Source of the DNA: an uncultured virus (IMG/VR IMGVR_UViG_3300029928_000270)
Taxonomy: Duplodnaviria > Heunggongvirae > Uroviricota > Caudoviricetes
Virus record (IMG/VR): IMGVR_UViG_3300029928_000270
Length of the DNA stretch: 64,000 nt
Strand: one strand, 5' to 3'
Within the stretch, counting starts at the first letter, position 1, and each line of letters starts with the position of its first letter. Position numbers and translations under genes: made by a program. Below, one piece after another: positions 58,440 to 64,000 of this stretch. Below the pieces are notes generated by a model, which made no database searches, was not told where the DNA came from, and worked only from the letters and a program-made list of their open reading frames with translations.

Positions 58440-59133
58440 TACATTTGCGTATGAGAGAGCACATGGTATTCGCTCAGGGGTTTACGGATTAACTCAGAGA
58501 GAATTTGCTTTTAATTCAAACAAAATAGAGGGTAGCAGATTAACCAAAGAGCATACATCCAGTCTGTTCAATACTGGTAGTATATATGTTGACGGTGAGT
58601 TTCGTGCAAAAGACATTGAGGAGGCTACTGGTCACTTTGCGATGTTTAATGTCATGTTAGATACTTTGAACAGTATTTTGAGTGAGGATTTAATTAAGTT
58701 ATTTCACAGGAGTTTGAAACAAGGGGTATTTGAAGATATTGCAAACGGGTATGCAATAGGAGATTATAAGACGAGAAGAAACTTCGTAGGCGATATTGAT
58801 ACCGCATTACCAAGCGAAGTGCCTGAGAGAATGTCAAAACTTCTATCTCAATATTGGACATGTGAAAAGTCCTTAAAAAATCTTGCCATATTTCATGCAG
58901 AGTACGAAAAGATACATCCTTTTCAGGATGGTAATGGAAGAACAGGACGAATGATTCTTTTTAGGGAATGTCTTGTGAATAATATAACACCTTTTATTGT
59001 TCGAGATGTTAACAAAGCAAGATATATTAATGCGTTAATAAAAGCACAGAATGGTGATACAACTACCTTATTAGAGTATTTTTCAGAGGAGCAGTCATGG
59101 TATTCAGAAAAGGTGGAGGGTAGCCTTATTTAG
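58417..59133 (+). CDS. Fic family protein with N-terminal inhibitory motif
   Basis: HPFQDGNGRTGR and SNKIEG; terminator at ~59147-59176. Confidence 0.92.
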   Translation: MFNQRLVNTFAYERAHGIRSGVYGLTQREFAFNSNKIEGSRLTKEHTSSLFNTGSIYVDGEFRAKDIEEATGHFAMFNVMLDTLNSILSEDLIKLFHRSLKQGVFEDIANGYAIGDYKTRRNFVGDIDTALPSEVPERMSKLLSQYWTCEKSLKNLAIFHAEYEKIHPFQDGNGRTGRMILFRECLVNNITPFIVRDVNKARYINALIKAQNGDTTTLLEYFSEEQSWYSEKVEGSLI

Positions 59134-59263
59134 ATTACAGATTGAGAGACCTTATTCTTAGGAGTAAGGTCTTTTCTTTTGCATCTTAATATCTTCCCAA
59201 ATTTTGGGTATGCGTGTCTAATAAGATAAAATTATTTTTCAAAATTTTCAAGGAGGTATTTTT

Positions 59264-61723
59264 ATGTCAAAGAAAAGACTAAATTTCATAAGGTACTTTG
59301 TTCTATCTTTAGTTCTCACGGCATCTATGCTTTGTATTCCGAAAATAGATGCAAAAGCTGCGATAGACATCAAAGCCTATGTGAGTGGTGACGATGTAGG
59401 TGGCGCAGGCGGTTCTTATGCGGAGGGTATTAGTGCGAGAAAGTCAGGCTACATGGTATACGTAGTCGACCAAAACGGCAACAGGGTATCTCCCGATGCT
59501 AAGTTGGTATCATCAACTGATTACGGTTTCAGTCGAGGAGACAAGGTAGATTGGAGTGCCAGTGCAAGGCTTGGTGGGTATTCAGTAACGAGTTCTACAC
59601 CAGTTATCAAAAATGCACCTTGGGGTGCACCAATGAAGGACGGGTTTAACACTCGAGAAGCAGAGATTAAGGCTTGGATGGCATCAGACACATTAAAGAG
59701 TGGTATTTCAAATGCATCAACAATAATATTAGACTATTGGGGTACCTCAGTTGCCGAAGCATGGGTCAAGAACAACTACTATTTAATCTTAGAACCCATT
59801 TACGAGTATCGTATGTGGTACAAGTACAAGATAACCATTGTAGCCTTTGGTGAGGTTGCAACTGGTACTTTTAGTTCGAGGTCAGGCGCACCAGTTTTAG
59901 TAGGAAATACTCCAGGTCTTGCACAGATGTCAAGTGACTTCCTTAGTGACTTAGAGGCTACAACACTTAAACCGACAACAGGAGTTATAGTTGTTCGTGA
60001 ACCCATGAGAGGTTTTCTAAACTCAGCCATGAGCAGTGGATATGCAAAAGCATTCCCAAGAATGGAGTATTTAACTAAGACAATCGGAAGTGTAGCCCCA
60101 GGTTCGGCAGGTTCAAGCTATCTCACGTTATCTCAAATCAAGTCAGCAGGTTGGGGTATGATGGCTTTATCTGCGAGTGATTTAGGCGAGGTTTCCGAAG
60201 TTGACCCGATAACCCCCGATACCCCCGACCCCTCGGGTTATGACGGAACGGTTTACACCTTATCTGCAACTGGAGGTTCCACGAGTGACAGTGACAGGGT
60301 TGGGGCGACCACGTATTTTGGCACAGGTGCGTATGGTTGCCTTAGTGGTAGTTTTTATGCGGAGAACTGTGCGAGTGGTACGGATGCCTACAATTTGGCG
60401 GAGAGTATGTCCAGTGGCATGTCATACGAAGGGGATGTACCGCAGGTTGTATTCTCAGGCACCAGTTATGATTTAAGTGTGGAAAGCTCTTTGGGTATTG
60501 TAGCAGGTATGCTTACTGTAGACCCATCCACATTTCCATACGTGGATATTCATTCATCCTCAACTAAGGAAGATTATGAAAGTTATCTCAGTTCCATAAA
60601 ATCAGGTTTATACCCCACCATTGACAGGTTATACAATAACGGTTCGAAGGGTACTTCCACCTACGACAGTAGAACCATGGATTGTGGGGATATACTCGGG
60701 GGTACCGAGTGTTCAAAAACTTATTGTGGTAATATCTCAATCACTCTCACACATGAAAATAGTAATCCAGATACAGCTATAGGTTGGGAAGTTGATAATC
60801 CCGGAAGAGTAGGTGACTCAAGAGGTGTTATTAACATGACAGTTTCCTACCCATCTGAATTGAGAACGGATTTTGGCAAGGTATTATATAATGCCAACAG
60901 CTTGAGTACGGAGTTATATGCAAGTTCTCTGTTAACCCTAAGGCATACGGAGTTATGGAGTGCATATAAAAAGTCAATCGTAGAGTATGTATCTCATCTT
61001 CAGAAAGACGGCACTTTGCAGAAGATTTGGACGGAGGAAGTAAACAAGGCTATTGTAAGTTATGAGAATGATGCCATGAATAAGGCATACCTTGCGTATA
61101 AGAAAACAAATCCCGAGCCAGTTGCGCCTACTACTGTGTATAAGCCATACGGTATGTCAGATGAGGAATGGTTAGCTTCTGAGACATATTTAACCTATAA
61201 AAGAGCGTATGAAGCATGGCAGACAGCACACGATGAGTGGCAGTCAGCCGTTAATGCAGTAAAGAAAGCGGCAAAGGAAAAGGCAAATCGTGAGTATATG
61301 GAAACAAAGTATGATAAGTTTACCTATTTATTTAGCTCAGGTCGTGGGTATAGCGGAAGTACGGTTAGGGTATCTCAGCAAGATTGGAAGTTTAAGTTTT
61401 ACTGGTGTACACCGATAATGCAGAAAACCTACGCAGTTGACGATAAAATCCCCATCAATGACGGACCGAGTCGCAGTTCAAGAAGTCCACTTTTCAGTCA
61501 GGCTTATAAGGTATCATTCAAGTATTCCATGGAGAATAGGAGTGACCTGTCAGACAGTGTATTAAAGCGCATGATAACCTATTTACCCTTAGTAGGTGGT
61601 GAAGTAAGCAAGACCCCTTATGTTGGGGTATCAGCAGGGGATGTTCAGTACTATATATTTGGTAAAAAGATTGAGGGGACTGATTTCTTATTGCCAGATG
61701 CAACTTCGATGGATATGAGATAA
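59264..61723 (+). CDS. 819-aa secreted protein
   Basis: Signal peptide ending IDAKA; GYMVYVVD; Ser/Thr/Gly-rich middle; helical Ala/Lys segment; 19 bp upstream of tip gene 2. Confidence 0.8.
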   Translation: MSKKRLNFIRYFVLSLVLTASMLCIPKIDAKAAIDIKAYVSGDDVGGAGGSYAEGISARKSGYMVYVVDQNGNRVSPDAKLVSSTDYGFSRGDKVDWSASARLGGYSVTSSTPVIKNAPWGAPMKDGFNTREAEIKAWMASDTLKSGISNASTIILDYWGTSVAEAWVKNNYYLILEPIYEYRMWYKYKITIVAFGEVATGTFSSRSGAPVLVGNTPGLAQMSSDFLSDLEATTLKPTTGVIVVREPMRGFLNSAMSSGYAKAFPRMEYLTKTIGSVAPGSAGSSYLTLSQIKSAGWGMMALSASDLGEVSEVDPITPDTPDPSGYDGTVYTLSATGGSTSDSDRVGATTYFGTGAYGCLSGSFYAENCASGTDAYNLAESMSSGMSYEGDVPQVVFSGTSYDLSVESSLGIVAGMLTVDPSTFPYVDIHSSSTKEDYESYLSSIKSGLYPTIDRLYNNGSKGTSTYDSRTMDCGDILGGTECSKTYCGNISITLTHENSNPDTAIGWEVDNPGRVGDSRGVINMTVSYPSELRTDFGKVLYNANSLSTELYASSLLTLRHTELWSAYKKSIVEYVSHLQKDGTLQKIWTEEVNKAIVSYENDAMNKAYLAYKKTNPEPVAPTTVYKPYGMSDEEWLASETYLTYKRAYEAWQTAHDEWQSAVNAVKKAAKEKANREYMETKYDKFTYLFSSGRGYSGSTVRVSQQDWKFKFYWCTPIMQKTYAVDDKIPINDGPSRSSRSPLFSQAYKVSFKYSMENRSDLSDSVLKRMITYLPLVGGEVSKTPYVGVSAGDVQYYIFGKKIEGTDFLLPDATSMDMR

Positions 61724-61742
61724 ACAAAGGAGGAACTAAAGT

Positions 61743-62444
61743 ATGAAGAGGGTAGTGAGTTTAGTATCAATGATTTTGATGTCCGTTGTTTTAAGTGTAG
61801 TAGTCCCTCGGATGATTTCTGAAGCATCTGAGGGAAGTAACACTTTAGCAGAGGTAGAAATTGGTCACAATCATGCAGGAAGTTCTGCAAGTAGGGGTGG
61901 TTGTTATCAGGTTTGGTCTGACGGTTGTGGTCAGACTCTGACACCACAGGGAGTTGACTGGAATGCAAGTTCAGATGGAACTTGGGGATTATATACTTGT
62001 CCTGCAGGACATAGACAAACGAGAAGTGTAGTTAATGCATATGGATTGCATTGCCAGGTAGGTTGTGGGTATAGAGTAAATTGCGGTTTAAGTGAAGGTC
62101 AGACAATAGCAACATTCAGCATCGAAGAGCAGAGTGGGTATGTACTAAACCCAGTTTTGAATGTTGTTAAGGGTTCTGTAAAGGCAGTCAGTTTTACTTG
62201 GCAGGACGGAAGTGTTGGTGCTTTAACTGTCAGTTCAAATGGCATTTACACATGTACATTAACATATACGGATAATGGTGTAGTCAGGGTTGCAACCTTA
62301 TCTTGTGAGGTTACAGATTATGATACTGAGCCACCAGTAATAGAGGGTGTCACTGGGTATGAGAGTAGGGAGAAGTATCACACTATTGCAGTTAGTGCAA
62401 CGGATAACTATGGAGTTACTGGTTACATGATAGAGAAGAAATAA
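61743..62444 (+). CDS. Secreted Cys/His-rich protein with one Ig-like domain and a C-terminal half domain ('tip 2')
   Basis: Signal peptide, HNH...GGCY...CG, ends DYDTEPPVI...ATDNYGVTGYMIEKK; paralogue of 47850; terminator at ~62475-62512. Confidence 0.85.
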   Translation: MKRVVSLVSMILMSVVLSVVVPRMISEASEGSNTLAEVEIGHNHAGSSASRGGCYQVWSDGCGQTLTPQGVDWNASSDGTWGLYTCPAGHRQTRSVVNAYGLHCQVGCGYRVNCGLSEGQTIATFSIEEQSGYVLNPVLNVVKGSVKAVSFTWQDGSVGALTVSSNGIYTCTLTYTDNGVVRVATLSCEVTDYDTEPPVIEGVTGYESREKYHTIAVSATDNYGVTGYMIEKK

Positions 62445-62582
62445 TCTTATGGGTATTTAGTCTTTTCTTTTTAAATAAGAGATGTCAAAGAATTTTGGCA
62501 TCTCTTATTTTTATGTGTCAGTGTCACTTGATTTGAGCCTTATACTATGTTATAATAGTTGTAAATAGGAGGTAGTTGTGTT

Positions 62583-63230
62583 ATGAAGTATTATGCAGTA
62601 GCGAAAGGTAGGAAAACTGGGGTATTTGTCGACTGGAGTGAAGTGTTAGAGTACGTAAAAGGTTTCAGTGGTGCTAAGTATGCTTCGTTTCACGATAAAG
62701 AGTCAGCTGAGAATTATGTAAGCTCAGGTGGTGTAAAGCAGGAAGTAAAAGCACCCGAGTCATCGTTTATCAAGAATACGAAAAACATGGGCAGGGTGTA
62801 TGCTCAGTGCAAGAGAGATGATGAGAATAAAAAGTTCATTATAAGTGGTGTGGTAGATACACCGAATGGCTTGCATCAGTTCTATAATTGGTCTTGGTTA
62901 GAGGACTATGGTGACCTGTCAGAAGTAGATATCCAGTGTTATGCATACGTACATATGCTCAAGGAAGCGTTCAAGTTGGGTATTCACGATATTGTTGTCG
63001 TATATAAGAATGATTGCTTCAAGGGTTGGGGTGAAACGTGGAGGGCAAAGAGTGACGTAGCTAAGTATTATAAAAGTTGCATTCAGTACTTAAGAAGCCG
63101 TTGCAATATACAGTTTGAAAAGTATGATAAGGGTGTTCACTATCATATGGAGTATGGTTCACGCATCAGTTTGCCTTTTGAGTACAAATCAGAGCAGTAC
63201 GAACAGTTTGGGTATACAGGGAATTTCTAA
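62583..63230 (+). CDS. RNase H1 hybrid-binding (viroplasmin-like) domain plus degenerate RNase H domain
   Basis: KYYAVAKGRKTGVF.DW.E....VKGFSGAKY.SF; the C-domain lacks the catalytic acidic residues. Confidence 0.8.
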   Translation: MKYYAVAKGRKTGVFVDWSEVLEYVKGFSGAKYASFHDKESAENYVSSGGVKQEVKAPESSFIKNTKNMGRVYAQCKRDDENKKFIISGVVDTPNGLHQFYNWSWLEDYGDLSEVDIQCYAYVHMLKEAFKLGIHDIVVVYKNDCFKGWGETWRAKSDVAKYYKSCIQYLRSRCNIQFEKYDKGVHYHMEYGSRISLPFEYKSEQYEQFGYTGNF

Positions 63231-63280
63231 ATAGCGTAAGATGCACCTAACTACTAAAATTTTGGAAGGGGTGCGTCCTT

Positions 63281-63661
63281 ATGTTATTTTCAATTGATAG
63301 TGTTGCTACTGTAGATGAGAATGTAGGTTTTCGTATGATAGGTCATCTTGTTGCACAAACAGATGATGAGAAAGATTTACTGCCCGAACTGGCAGAAAGT
63401 ATGCAGGAGGTTTTAGATACCTATGCAGAAACCGTCCAGCCCGAAATAGGTACTTATATGGATGGAGATGTAAAGCGTAAAACCATATATTATCGTGCAG
63501 TTTCCCTGCCAGAACTGGCATACATCCTTGGGGTATATAATAACGGTTTTCCGTTTAAGACTACTGTTGAGTTATCGTCAGAAGTTAAAATGTATCCCGA
63601 TGACATTGGCGGTATCTTCCAGTTTCAGTTGCAGTGCTTCAAGCAACAGCATAATTTGTAG
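63281..63661 (+). CDS. Hypothetical protein
   Basis: AAGGGGTG RBS; 126 aa. Confidence 0.65.
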   Translation: MLFSIDSVATVDENVGFRMIGHLVAQTDDEKDLLPELAESMQEVLDTYAETVQPEIGTYMDGDVKRKTIYYRAVSLPELAYILGVYNNGFPFKTTVELSSEVKMYPDDIGGIFQFQLQCFKQQHNL

Positions 63662-63689
63662 TTAAAATTCTAATAGGAGGTAGTAGTAA

Positions 63690-64000
63690 ATGACAGTTAA
63701 GCAGTGTGTGGAAAAAACAAAGAGTATGCTTGAGGAAGAGGATGAGAAGAAAATCTCAAAATCGTATACAAAGTTCTACATAACTATGTTTGTAGCCTTT
63801 GTGATAGTCCTTTACTGGGTATGGTGCATAGTATCGGCAGTTTCCTCAAAGATTGCGTTAGGTGTTGAGTTGGTATTGTCAGCAGCTTTCGTTGTGACCT
63901 TAGATACTTTGCTTAAGATGGCATCTGAAAGCGTGAAAGCATATAAGGGTATTAAGACCTTCGGAAAACTGTTAGTTCTGTTTGTTATCTTGCTGATTAC
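63690..64000 (+). CDS. Membrane protein, 5' part (runs off the window)
   Basis: AGGAGG RBS; MTVKQCVEK... followed by hydrophobic segments; open to the end. Confidence 0.65.
   Translation, partial: MTVKQCVEKTKSMLEEEDEKKISKSYTKFYITMFVAFVIVLYWVWCIVSAVSSKIALGVELVLSAAFVVTLDTLLKMASESVKAYKGIKTFGKLLVLFVILLI

Noticed and set aside
229..63521. All minus-strand ORFs in the provided track
   Set aside because: They shadow longer + strand genes or RNA genes and show no recognisable motifs.

Overview
AT-rich, gene-dense 64-kb segment with essentially every credible gene on the + strand, standard genetic code, Firmicutes-type RBSs and sigmaA-type promoters. Best read as part of a jumbo phage or other very large extrachromosomal element of a Clostridia/Lachnospiraceae-like host. 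No capsid, terminase or tail gene is recognisable here, so phage versus megaplasmid cannot be settled from this window. 1-30 kb is DNA metabolism: SpoVG, SNF2 helicase, DnaC-like, type IIA topoisomerase B and A subunits, DnaQ exonuclease, DnaB, guanylate kinase, stand-alone CHC2 primase zinc finger, RuvC-like, truncated NAD ligase, ParB-HNH. 30.6-36.7 kb is a 2019-aa Ig-repeat surface protein. 41.8-47.8 kb is an RNA-rich region with 4 tRNAs, a tRNA-like RNA with an elongated anticodon arm, SmpB plus tmRNA and several unidentified structured RNAs. 48-64 kb is accessory: ATP-grasp, intact and dead Fic proteins, ATPases, secreted and membrane proteins, dead RNase H. Top candidate for a new system: the 2019-aa membrane-anchored 'stalk' starts with only the second half of an Ig repeat, while two distant secreted Cys/His-rich paralogues (47850, 61743) end with exactly the missing first half. 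This suggests interchangeable tips docked by split-domain complementation, possibly phase-varied by poly-G tracts. Other highlights: a ~1.4-kb tRNA-embedding structured transcript with complementary hairpin loops, a 12-member family sharing an N-terminal 'DTxD-VxE' module on unrelated cargo, and a recurrent strand-biased hexamer GGGTAT. All family assignments come from motif recognition by eye; no database search or folding program was run.
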